The position numbers were made by a program, and so were the translations under genes. 64,000 nucleotides of DNA from contig NC_086097.1 in assembly GCF_963921235.1 (NCBI RefSeq), forward strand, positions 67,210,001 through 67,274,000, in the 5' to 3' direction. Position 1 is the stretch's first letter. Every line of letters starts with the position of its first letter. This document shows positions 52,409 to 63,479 of this stretch, in pieces. The notes below the pieces were generated by a model, which ran no database searches, was not told the DNA's origin, and saw only the letters and a list, made by a program, of their open reading frames with translations. Origin of the DNA: Mobula hypostoma. Its lineage: Eukaryota.

Positions 52409-53898
52409 TTTTTCTTTTTTTTTAAATTTTATTTTTATTTGGATAAGGAATTCACAATTATCATGTACTTTTTTCACACATATAACCTTTTCCATTTTTT
52501 TATATGTATAAAACTACAATTATTTATACATTCTTAAGTACACATTGAGATGATATAAAAGGAAAATAAACATTTAAATAGATTAATTATGTACTGTGGT
52601 AAATCTAACCTATTAGGCTAAGTAATGAAATTAGTTGTTAAGAAAAATGGTAATAATAGTTTCCATACAACCCTTCTGGACCATTTCCACTGGTCCAAAA
52701 TGTTGCATACAAGCCTATATACCAACCATTGTAGGCGTTTATATCCCAATTTGTTCGTGCTTGTTCCTGCCCGCAGACATAATTATCCAATCCCTATGTA
52801 CTTATTTACTTAATTTCTTCATTTTTTTTTTATCCCTTTCCCAAATCTTTCCCTTTACTTGTGTTAATTCTCTATTTTACAAAAAAAAACAAACATTTAG
52901 ACTAGGGGTGCTTACGTTAGCAATATTACTGTGTTGATGAGAAGAGCAATATAAATCATTAGGAGAGTCATCTAAAGTCTGCTCGCATTGGGGTTATATA
53001 TTCAATCCATTTATTCCAGATTTGATAAAATGTTTCTTTTTGAGTTCTCAGGGAGTGTCAACTTTTCCACTTTAAATATTTCCAAGATAATTTCGTACCA
53101 ATCTTCTAATGTAGGTGGTATTGGATTTAGCCATTTTCTAGTGATTGATTTCTTACTTGCCGCTAAGAGGGCCTGCAGCAACTTTATATCTTTCTTCTGT
53201 TCAAGGAACAATACATGCCCCAAATAGAGCATCTCAAAGTTCAGAGGTATCTGGGACCTAAGTACCTTAACTAATATTCTATGAATACTTTCCCAAAATA
53301 GACTTAATTTAGGGCAATCCCAGAAAATATGAAAATGATTTGCCTCCTTGGAGCCGCACCTTCTCCAACACATCACGTTTGTATCTTTATATTTTTCCTG
53401 ATATGGGGTCTTGAAGTATCTTATAATGTTTTTCCAACAATGTTCTCTCTAAGTCAAAGAATTAGTCGAGGACCATTGAAAGCTGCAGACTTTCCCCCAA
53501 GCCTCCTCTGAAAGTACCAACCCCGCTTCTTTCTCCCACTTCTCTTTAATATACAGTGTATTTACATTTTTAGCATGGGAGAGTGCATTATATAGGCGAG
53601 AAACTGATTTACTAAGTATTGAACTGCAAGCCGAATTCAGAATCTTGAAAAATTCTAATTCTACTGTTGATAGGTCTGTATATCTACAACTCTGGTTAAC
53701 ATAGTTTCGTATTTGAAGGTACCTAAAAAAGTCATTATGTTCTAGGCCATGTTTGTCCTGCAGGATTTGGAAACTTTGTAATACTCTTTTATCTATAAAT
53801 GAGAGGTAGGTTGTAAGACCTTTCTTTATCCATAGCTCAAACCTTTTATCTCCTCTGTTGGGAAGGAATTCGGTATCATATGCACACCATCTAAAGAG
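52409..53898 (-). mobile_element. 5'-truncated L1-clade LINE inserted in the 4E-T retrocopy
   Basis: Same family as 24313-25603; poly(A) tail; 19-bp TSD TTTTCCCACAAAGATTTTC (52390-52408, 53899-53917). Confidence 0.93.
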
Positions 53899-54335
53899 TT
53901 TTCCCACAAAGATTTTCATTCTTTTTATTGTCCAATGGGCTTTCAGTTATTAACTATTGGAGGTGTTGGTCACATGATAGCCATCCCAAAGCCTTGGCGC
54001 TGAGGACTGAGTACAGCATCAAGATCTGCTTCCTTTATTCTCCCTTGTGGATCTGCAATTCTTTGCTGGAGAACTGCTCTCTCCAAATCTGAAGCATAGT
54101 CCTTCTTCGTTCTATCCAGTGACAAACTCCTGCCAGATAGAAAGGTGCATGTCAGTTTTCAGGGTCCCAGATGCCTTCACTGTCATACTTTCCCAAAAGA
54201 AATGCCAGTCTCTGCTTTACATATGGGTAACTCTTTGATTTCTAGCAGTTTTTCCTTGGAATATCTATGTGGTTTCTTCATGCCACACATTTTTATTGTA
54301 TTGTTTAATTGAACTTTTCTTTCAATCCATTCTTT
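53899..54335 (-). pseudogene. eif4enif1: Processed EIF4ENIF1 (4E-T) retrocopy, N-terminal part
   Basis: KKPHRYSKEKLLEIKELP (human PHRYTKEELLDIKELP, eIF4E-binding YxxxxLL at 54243-54263), KYDSEGIWDPE and IADPQGRIKEADLDAVLSPQRQGFG (human IVDPRERVKEDDLDVVLSPQRRSFG). Possible original ATG at 54330. Confidence 0.92.
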
Positions 54336-54829
54336 TTTATCTATGCCACACCGAGGTTCAACAGTACCTCTGTCACTCGGCTAACAACCCAGCCTTAACA
54401 GCCAGCTTAATAGTGACACTGCGCCATTCTCTGTAAAATACTTCTGCGTCTTTCTTCAGCAGCCCTTGGAGACCAGTGCACCCACCAATCAAATGTGCTT
54501 TGTGCCTTTTGAGTTTGAGCTGCTCCAACCACCAGTGGCCCAGAAGCGATGGATAACTATCTTTAACAACTACTGTTCATTAATCTCCACTGTGACATGT
54601 ACCACTCCCTTCACTGGAACAACCTCACCAGTGTAAGTCTTTAAAGTCAACCTTGTCCCTTCCGGGGTGAGATCTGCAATTTCTCCTTGTAAACTGTTTC
54701 TGACACCAGCGATACTGCAGCCCCCCGTGTCCACCTGCTACCACACTGTGGCTCCATCCAGCCACGGAGTCACCCAATAGCTACCTTTATATCCTGAAAC
54801 AGATAAACATACAACACTTATATGGTTAA

Positions 54830-56172
54830 CAACAGGAATTCTGCAGATGCTGGAAATTCAAGCAACACACATCAAAGTTGCTGGTGAACGCAGCAGGCCA
54901 AGCAGCATCTGTAGGAAGAGGTGCAGTCGACGTTTCAGGCCGAGACCCTTCGTCAGGACTAACTGAAGGAAGAGTGAGTAAGGGATTTGAAAGTTGGAGG
55001 GGGAGGGGGAGATCCAAAATGATAGGAGAAAACAGGAGGGGGAGGGATAGAGCCAAGAGCTGGACAGGTGATAGGCAAAAGGGGATACGAGAGGATCATG
55101 GGACAGGAGGTCCGGGAAGAAAGACAAGGGGGGGGGGAGGTGACCCAGAGGATGGGCAAGAGGTATATTCAGAGGGACAGAGGGAGAAAAAGGAGAGTGA
55201 GAGAAAGAATGTGTGCATAAAAATAAGTAACAGATGGGGTACGAGGGGGAGGTGGGGCCTAGCGGAAGTTAGAGAAGTCGATGTTCATACCATCAGGTTG
55301 GAGGCTACCCAGACGGAATACAAGGTGTTGTTCCTCCAACCTGAGTGTGGCTTCATCTTTACAGTAGAGGAGGCCGTGGATAGACATGTCAGAATGGGAA
55401 TGGGATGTGGAATTAAAATGTGTGGCCACTGGGAGATCCTGCTTTCTCTGGCGGACAGAGCATAGATGTTCAGCAAAGCGGTCTCCCAGTCTGCGTCGGG
55501 TCTCGCCAATATATAAAAGGCCACATCGGGAGCACTGGATGCAGTATATCACCCCAGTCGACTCACAGGTGAAGTGTTGCCTCACCTGGAAGGACTGTTT
55601 GGGGCCCTGAATGGTGGTAAGGGAGGAAGTGTAAGGGCATGTGTAGCACTTGTTCCGCTTACACGGATAAGTGCCAGGAGGGAGATCAGTGGGGAGGGAT
55701 GGGGGGTACGAATGGACAAGGGAGTTGTGTAGGGAGCGATCCCTACGGAATGCAGAGAGAGGGGGGGAGGGAAAGATGTGCTTAGTGGTGGAATCCCGTT
55801 GGAGGTGGCGGAAGTTACGGAGAATAATATGTTGGACCCGGAGGCTGGTGGGGTGGTAGGTGAGGACCAGGGGAACCCTATTCCTAGTGGGGTGGTGGGA
55901 GGATGGAGTGAGAGCAGATGTACGTGAAATGGGGGAGATGTGTTTAAGAGCAGAGTTGATAGTGGAGGAAGGGAAGCCCCTTTCTTTAAAGAAGGAAGAC
56001 ATCTCCCTCGTCCTAGAATGAAAAGCCTCATCCTGAGAGCAGATGCGGCGGAGACGGAGGAATTGCGAGAAGGGGATGGCGTTTTTGCAAGAGACAGGGT
56101 GAGAAGAGGAATAGTCCAGATAGCTGTGAGAGTCAGTAGGCTTATAGTAGACATCAGTGGATAAGCTGTCTC
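54830..56172 (-). mobile_element. Young 5'-truncated Penelope-like element inserted between gag and protease
   Basis: Uninterrupted frame 56170-55259: DVYYKPTDSHSYLDYSSSHP...IPFSQFLRLRRICS, CKRNKCYTC linker, GVIYCIQCSRCGLLYIGET (GIY-YIG). Pseudo-LTR with a hammerhead. Confidence 0.95.
54925..54960 (-). ncRNA. Minimal type I hammerhead ribozyme (Penelope pseudo-LTR)
   Basis: AGTC-CTGACGA-AGGgtctcggCCT-GAAA-CG-TC/GACT on the minus strand. Confidence 0.8.
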
Positions 56173-56960
56173 TTATATGTCACTTATATGGTTATATGGT
56201 TAACACTTCTTCAGCCACAGAGTGAAAATCACTCAGTATGTGCCACCTTGTTCACATTTCTACTTGTTTTTCCAAAAGTCATTTTTCTGTATTACAGTGT
56301 TATTGGTTGACAGTGTCTTTTTACTTCTACAGGCACGTTCAATATGCCACAGCTTCAGCAATCTAGATCCTTATACCAGCATTCTTTTGCTGAATGCCCA
56401 GTTTTTCCACAATGGTAACATTGATTGCCAATAGGTGTCTTATTCTTAAAGTCTGTCAAAACTTTATGTACGTAGAAAGATGCACTTAATAGCCGTGATT
56501 CTTTAGCCACTCTCTCCGTAGGTGTACAGTACTAATCTCAATTGCCTTCTGGAATGTTAGTCTGCCTTTTCAGTCTTCCACTAGACTGAGTAATAATTAA
56601 ACATTTTTGCACCCAACACAGTCAGAAGAGTTGGAACACGATATTTGCCAGTGCAAAATATTCAAATCTTTCAGTCCATTGCTCTGTCGTTTCGTCATAC
56701 GGACCTATACATACAAACATTGTTGCATTTTCAGACAGAGTCACGTTGCAGAAAAGTTAACTAGTCTTACCCATCTCTCTCTCCCTCCCTCCCTCTCCTA
56801 TTTGTTTTGATTAACTGTCCGGTTCTCGTTCTCTGCCCTCATATTCTTCACTCACCACGCTTCCTGCGGCTGTCTTTCTCATGGCGTGCACACGAACCTG
56901 TCTTGCTTAAGGGAACAAAACAATAAATATCGTGTGAGGAATCATCACCTCGTCACCAGC

Positions 56961-57161
56961 TGTTATGCCTGTAGTATTGGGAAGCCGGGTGGCCGTGAAT
57001 TACAGACGAGAGGCGGGAAAGCCGAGGTACAAATGTGTTGCTGTTTACTTTACCTGTAAGTCATCTACCCAGAATGCCCTCTCACATTACGTTCAGCACG
57101 TAACACACAGGGAAGCCTGACGGCGATCCGTAAGGGTCAAAATAAACACGAGTACATAATG
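56961..57161 (-). repeat. 5' LTR (201 bp), CpG-retaining
   Basis: Aligns with 50727-50927; adjacent PBS-like site at ~56940-56958. Confidence 0.88.
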
Positions 57162-57942
57162 TGTAATAGAAAAACTTATCCTGCTATGCTTTTTTGGAGA
57201 TAATTTTAAAATTAATGGTTCAGGATGAAACGTTCTGAAGTTTTTGCTGTGGGATTTAATGTTGACTTTGGCTCACTCTGTGCAGGGATGGGCTGTGGGT
57301 AGGAATGTGTGTAAAAGGAGTGTATAGTATAATGAATTAACGTTTTGGTTTTTAAATGCAGGTTGTCCTTTGATAAATCTCCTTCCTGTGATAAGAACGT
57401 TCTAGAGAGCATGACAACTATTTTAACTCGGGTAGCAGAAACAATAACTGAGTTTTTTTTACAACATTTTTCCAAGATTTGATTAATTCTTAGTCTTGGG
57501 CCTAACTCTGACATAAATGTGGTAGTGGACTGAAACTGCAAGTAAAGGTCAACATGCTAAATTTTTATTTGTTTTGCAATTTTACATTGATTTGATTTTG
57601 AAAGGCAGAATTGTTGATGCTATTCTTGAATAAGTTATCAGTTTAAAGTGTTTTTAGCAATTCAGATTTGTTATCTTGATATAGAAGCATAAGGATTTAG
57701 ATTTACCTCAGCAAATTATTGAGGAATCAGTTTTGCTAACAGTAACACAATGGTTGTATGGTCCCCTGTACCCAGAATTTTGAGATTACAAATAGGTTTT
57801 ATGACCCATCTGGTTCAGTATGGCGATTATGCACCTTACGACCCTCCTTTCCTCTTTCTTCATATAACCCCCTCCATGACATTCATCTCTCCTGCATGTG
57901 AATATTCCTTCCCCTTGAGTGGATCTTACTGTGCATTTAAAT

Positions 57943-58530
57943 ACAGAGAATTCCGCTTAATTGGGCCATCAGTTAATCAAGACAGCTGCCTATTTGGGAC
58001 AATTTTTAAAGAACAAAACCTAATCAAGAAAATAGCCAGGGGTTTGTTCGTTTATTTGTGACATGTACCATTTAATTGGGACAGGAGACTGTTGCTGAAC
58101 AGTTTCTAACTATTGTCAGTTGCATGCCCTTTTGTGGTTGTTATTCACTACACCATGCTTTGAGTGAACAGTTTTTAAATAGCATCTGTTGCATGCAGTT
58201 ACCTTCAAAAAGCAGTGAGTTTTGTTACTGATTGTTGGCGAGAAATAAGCAGTAAGACAATTCAGAACTGCTTTCTCTCTGCGGTTTCAGTCATTCAGGG
58301 TTGGAGATGCCAAAAACGGACGGGAGTGAAAATGAAATGATTTCACTACTTCAGCAAATTAGGAAGAATGAAGAATTTGAGGGTATCACCAATCGTCTTG
58401 AACATTACAATGAAAATGAAGATTGGAAGGAAGCAATTGTTAATAGCATTATATGAAGACAGTCCATTATCTGCACTAGGTGTCTGTGCTGAATTTGTTC
58501 ATTCACAGTCAATCAAAAGAACATTGCAGC
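57943..58530. mobile_element. Truncated second copy of the Tigger-like element
   Basis: Collinear similarity to 2623-3180; right TIR not seen. Confidence 0.8.
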
Positions 58531-59569
58531 ATATATTTGTATAATATATGTATACTCCAACAGTAATAGTATAATATAAAATGTTATATAATAACACAAA
58601 TATAACATATATTATACAATGTATATACACACAGTCCCATGCACCAGCACATAACAGTATATGTATGTAGCTGTATCTATCTCACAAAGCCCAATCATAG
58701 TCAGTACTGCTTTATCAATTCATTGCCCTCAAGCCACATTTTCTATGGAAAAAGCCTCAACTTGTTTAATCTTTAGTAATAAACAATTCAATTCACTATA
58801 TTCTTTGCAAATATTTTCTTAACCTCTTGTATCTCAAAAATTGTATGCAAGATTCCAAATATTATTTAAGAAAGTTCTTTGTAGCTCAGATTAAAAAAAA
58901 CTGTATTCAGTTTGTAGGTGAAAACACTTGTCAACAGATTTTCTCTGGGAAGTGGATATATTTACTGTCAGCTGCTCTGCTTCTTTTTGTGTTTATTACA
59001 AATGATGAGGAAAGTTCAGAAAAGCTCAATGGAACATTCTACAAGAACTTGAAGGATAAAGCTTGCTCAATATAAATGATTAAAATAAAATGAAAAGGGT
59101 AAACTTAGCAATGTTTTTGAAGCACAATAGACTAGTGAGACAAGAGAACATGCAGTTTAGCAAACAGAAAGAGAACATACATTTGGATGGATAATAGTGA
59201 AGACCTGTTCTAAAGTTCAAAATAATACAAATAGGGTGAGCCAGTGGAAGCAAAATTAGTCATAACTCAAAATACTCTCCAAAACTGGGATTAGTGTGGT
59301 TGAGGGACAAAGTTCGGTCAAAGTAGTCCTCAGACCTAGCTAAGCAATGTAGTCAACTGTTAAGTTTATCAGTCTAATACACAGACATATATAGAAAATT
59401 TAACATATGAGTTGTTAAAACAATTCGTTATCCTTTACGGGCTGAAGTGATGACTCATAGGTGTGTAAAATAAAAACTGCAAATGTTAGGGCACTCAGCA
59501 TATTAAGCAGGAGCTTGCTGCCCAAAGCATCTGAGTATCTCCAGCAGTTTTCTTTCGTTTCGGCTTTAG

Positions 59570-61140
59570 CTCATAAGGTATAGGAGCAGAATTAGGCCAT
59601 TTGGTCCATTGAGTTTGCTCTGTCATTTCATCATGGCTGATTTATTATCCCTCTCAATCCCATTCTCCTGCATTCTCCCTGTAACCTTTGACACCCTTAA
59701 TAATTAAGAACTTACAAACATATACTTTAAATCTACTCAATGACTTGGCCTCCACAGCTGGCTGTAGCAATGAATTCCACAGATCACTACCCTCTGGTGA
59801 AAGAAATTCCTCCTTATCTCTGTTCCAAAGGAACATCCTTCTATTCTGAGGCTCTGCCATCTAGTCCTAGACATCCCCACTACAGGAAACATCTTCTCCA
59901 CCTCCATTCTATCTATACCTTTCAATGTTCAATAGGTTTCAATGAGATGTCCCTTTATTCTTCTAAACTCCAGAGAGTACAAACCCAGGGTCATCAAATG
60001 CTCCCTGTACATTAACCTTTTCATTCCCAGAATCATTCTTCTGAACCTCCTCTATGCCCTCTCTAATGCCAGCACATCAATTATTAGCCAAGGAGCCCAA
60101 AACTGCTCACAATACTCCAAGTGCAGTTTGGCCAATGCCATATAGAGCCTCAGTATTGCATCCTTGCTTTTGCATTCTAGTCCTCTTGAAAAGTATGCTA
60201 AGATTGTATTTGCCTTCGTTAACTGCAAGTTAACATTTAGGGAATCCTGCATGAGTTCTCCCTTTGCTCCTCTGATTTCTGAATTTTTTTCTCCTTGTTT
60301 AGAAAACAGTCTGTGCCTTTATTCCTTCTACCCAAGTGCATGACCTTACACTTCCCTGCACCGTATTTCATCTGCCACTACTTCTTGGCCAGTTCTCCTC
60401 ATCTAAGTCCTGCTGTAGACTCTCTGCTTCCTCAATACTTCTGCCCCTCCACCTTTGCCTGTATCTTCCACAAACTTGGCAGAAAGCCATCAATTCCATT
60501 ATCCAAATCATTGACATATAACATGAAAAGAAGCATTCCTAACACAGACACCTGTGTAACACCACTAGTTATTGGCAGCCAGCCAGAAAAGGCCCTCTTT
60601 ATTCCCACTCTTTGCCTCTGGCCATACAGCCTATCTTCCATCCACGTTATTATTTTTTCTGTAAAACCATGGGCTCTTATTTTGTATGCTGACTTTGGCC
60701 TGATTTATCATGTGCCTCCAAGCACCCCAAACCTCATCCTTAATAATGGACTCCAACATCTTCCCAACCACTGAAGTCAGGCTAACTGGCCTATAATTTT
60801 CTTTCTTTGGTCCCTTCCTCTTAAAGAGTGGATTGACATTTGCAATTTTCCACTCCTCTGGAATCACTTGAGAATCTAATGATTCGGAAAGATCACTGCT
60901 TATACTTCCACAATCTCTACAGCCACCTCTTTCAGAACCCTGGGGTGCAGTCCATCTGATCCAGGTGACTTACCTATTTTCAGACCTTTCAGCTTCCCAA
61001 GCACCTTCTCCTGAGTAATATCAACAACAATCACTTCTGCCTCCTGACACTCTCAAACTTCTGGCATATTGCTAATGTCCTCACAGTGAAGACCAACGCG
61101 AATAATTATTAAGTTCATCCGCCATTTCTTTGTCCCCCAG
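59570..61140 (-). mobile_element. CR1 LINE 3' part
   Basis: NYRPVSLTSVVGKMLESIIKD, SGVTQVSVLGMLLFMLYVNDLD, LYMALAKLHLEYCEQFWAP. Confidence 0.92.
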
Positions 61141-61518
61141 CATCTGTAGGTATTAGCTTCAACTCAGTGACGTGAGCTAAATAGAGAATTGGAGCATGAA
61201 TCCCAGCCCCAAAACATAGGAAAAACCTTCAATGTGAGGTAATGGATGTGTGTACACCATACAAACAGAGTTAAGGACTTGCATATGCCACCTCTTGAAA
61301 AGTCGGAAAATTTAAATTTTTTCACACACTCTGTAATTCTTAATGTTTGGGCCTGTAATAGTTTTGTGAAGTGATGCTTAAAATTTATACAAATAATATT
61401 AGTGCAATGTTAATAAAGAACTGGTCAACAATACTGAACACAGCTTTGACATTAAAAAACATACATCAAAGTTGCTGGTGAACGCAGCAGGCCAAGCAGC
61501 ATCTATAGGAAGAGGCGC

Positions 61519-61554
61519 AGTCGACGTTTCAGGCCGAGACCCTTCGTCAGGACT
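61519..61554 (-). ncRNA. Minimal type I hammerhead ribozyme (mirror copy)
   Basis: Exact reverse complement of 61571-61606. Confidence 0.8.
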
Positions 61555-61570
61555 AGTCCTAGTCCTGACT

Positions 61571-61606
61571 AGTCCTGACGAAGGGTCTCGGCCTGAAACG
61601 TCGACT
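61571..61606 (+). ncRNA. Minimal type I hammerhead ribozyme
   Basis: AGTC CTGACGA AGG-GTCTCGG-CCT GAAA CG TC^GACT; predicted cleavage after C61602. Confidence 0.8.
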
Positions 61607-63479
61607 GCGCCTCTTCCTATAGATGCTGCTTGGCCTGCTGCGTTCACCAGCAACTTTGATGTATGTTGCTTGAATTTCCAGCATCTGCAGAATTCCTGTT
61701 GTTTGACATTAAAAATCCGCTTTTGTGTTAGCAGCAAGTTGTTACTATCTGCTAACAGTAGATGGCAGTGTTAACCTTTGAATTCAGTGCAGGCATTTAG
61801 CTCTGAAGTTCAAGGCGATTAATACAGGTGACATTCAGCTATAACAAACCTCATTTACATAAATAGCTTGATGTGCAAGGAACAGGCTACAAAATTGTTT
61901 TGTTATTTTCTTGTAATGGATTGACTTGTTTTGTGTTTGCCCAAGTGGTGCTTTATTTTAGTAATAGAGGCTAATGTTAAGATAATTAAGACTCTGCTTG
62001 CATGTGTGGTGGTTGCTGTTCATGGATCAATTCTTTATCCAGCTTGACCACTGTTTCTATGGCAAGCCTATGGCCAAGTCTTGCTCTTAGACTTCCTTCA
62101 CAGTGGACCTGCCAAGTCCTTGAATGACCTTGGGACCAGCTTCAGCCTTGAAAACCGTCTGTGGTCTAGTGCTGCACCACGCATTGCAAACCCCCAACTT
62201 CCCCAGCATAGTTCATGTGTAAATGGGTCTTTTATGAAGTACTTTATGAGTATTTGGAGCCGCTGTGCCTTTTTATATTTACTATAATAGATAGCAATTT
62301 AAAGATTGAATAATAGGGATAAAATGAGTGGCTTTGTACTAAAGCCTGCTGCACATTCTTGTGTTCTTTCATAGTTAATTCCACTGCATGACATGATTAC
62401 TTTTTATTCATGGTGCTCACGGGCCTAGCACCAAAAACATCCTGATCAGAGACTAAAAGCCTTTTTGGGTTGTTTCCTGGTCTCCTCCACCTGAACACAC
62501 TGGTGGCCTGGCAGCAAGGTGTGGCTGCTATCATTTCCTCTATCCCTCAGGGGCTATCAACGCATTAATGTAACATAACTTTTGCAGCATATCACATGAG
62601 AACGTTGACCCTTGAGTAATTCAGTGGCATAACTATTAATCAGATTCTGTATTTGGGCAAGTTATTTAATATCTGATCCAAGTATTATCTATAATACAAC
62701 TTTATGTATGTCAATTGATCATAATTACAAGATCAATATGGATATAAAGGTGATTCATAAAATCTTTAAAAGACATTCTCTATTAAACTAGCATGTGACT
62801 TGTAAAATAAGCTCTTGGTGAAAGCACATTTTTTAAAAATGGCTATAACTTCCACTTGCCTGAGTTTAATTAGTAAGCATTACTACCAGCTTGAAACCCT
62901 TCAAAGGTTTTTAATATATTTAGTAGTTAAGAGAAATTAAAATTTATGTTGATATATGGTGTTATCATCAAATGCATAATGTGGGAGTGAGTAATATGAA
63001 GCTTAAAATAGTAAAAATGTATCTTCTTATTTATACTGTAAAGCTTTCCAACTAGTGGACTTAATGAGAAATGGAAATGGTACATGCATGACTGGCCAGC
63101 TGGAATGAGTAAATTAGGATTTGCATTATTACAGTAAACAAATAGGCTCTAATTTCAGGAACAGCTTCACAAGTGTTGCAAGCCTAATTATTGAAACACA
63201 TCAGTCAGGTTTCAATCCGCTGAGCAGAATTTTAACAGGGTTGCATATGATAAATCTAAGCTCCTGTAAAGATGACAACATCCTCTTTCCACAGAGATGA
63301 AAGATCCGGGAGTGTTTGCCACCAGAACTTCTTAAAAATATGTTAGAGACAACATGGTGTTATCTTGATGAAGGCCCAGGTTAGATTTTCATTCGGTACT
63401 GAGTTAATCAATCTTTCTCTGGAAATAGAAGATTTGGAGAGTTTGTTTAGTTCTGCTGTCTAGTAATTCCACATATGAT

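Larger units (their letters stand above)
50727..57161 (-). mobile_element. Gypsy-type LTR retrotransposon carrying a captured 4E-T retrocopy
   Basis: Direct repeats 50727-50927 and 56961-57161. PBS-like TGGTGACGAGG next to the right LTR and PPT AAGATAAGCGGGGGGA next to the left LTR. gag remnant (IGPYDETTEQWTERFEYFALAN, ~56640-56710), protease (QVDTG/AAVSLVSE...LKTYTGEVVPVKG...PSLLG, ~54530-54780) and pol-end-like RNRRPPV (~51135-51155). Confidence 0.9.
61459..61701. mobile_element. Penelope pseudo-LTR inverted-repeat insertion
   Basis: Perfect 101-bp inverted arms (61458-61558, 61567-61667), nearly identical to the terminus at 54830-54960; 14-bp TSD TTTGACATTAAAAA (61445-61458, 61702-61715). 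Confidence 0.92.

Noticed and set aside
51250..54335. A functional eif4enif1 gene
   Set aside because: Intronless, truncated, multiple stops and frameshifts, and split by an L1.
54878..56154. ORFs of 195 aa (+) and 190 aa (-) over the Penelope element
   Set aside because: Antisense or alternative frames of the Penelope ORF and pseudo-LTR.
50722..57166. TSD for the Gypsy element
   Set aside because: AATG(TGT) occurs at both ends but overlaps the LTR termini, so a TSD cannot be called confidently.
61399..61774. Identical peptides on both strands
   Set aside because: A consequence of the inverted repeat; not genes.
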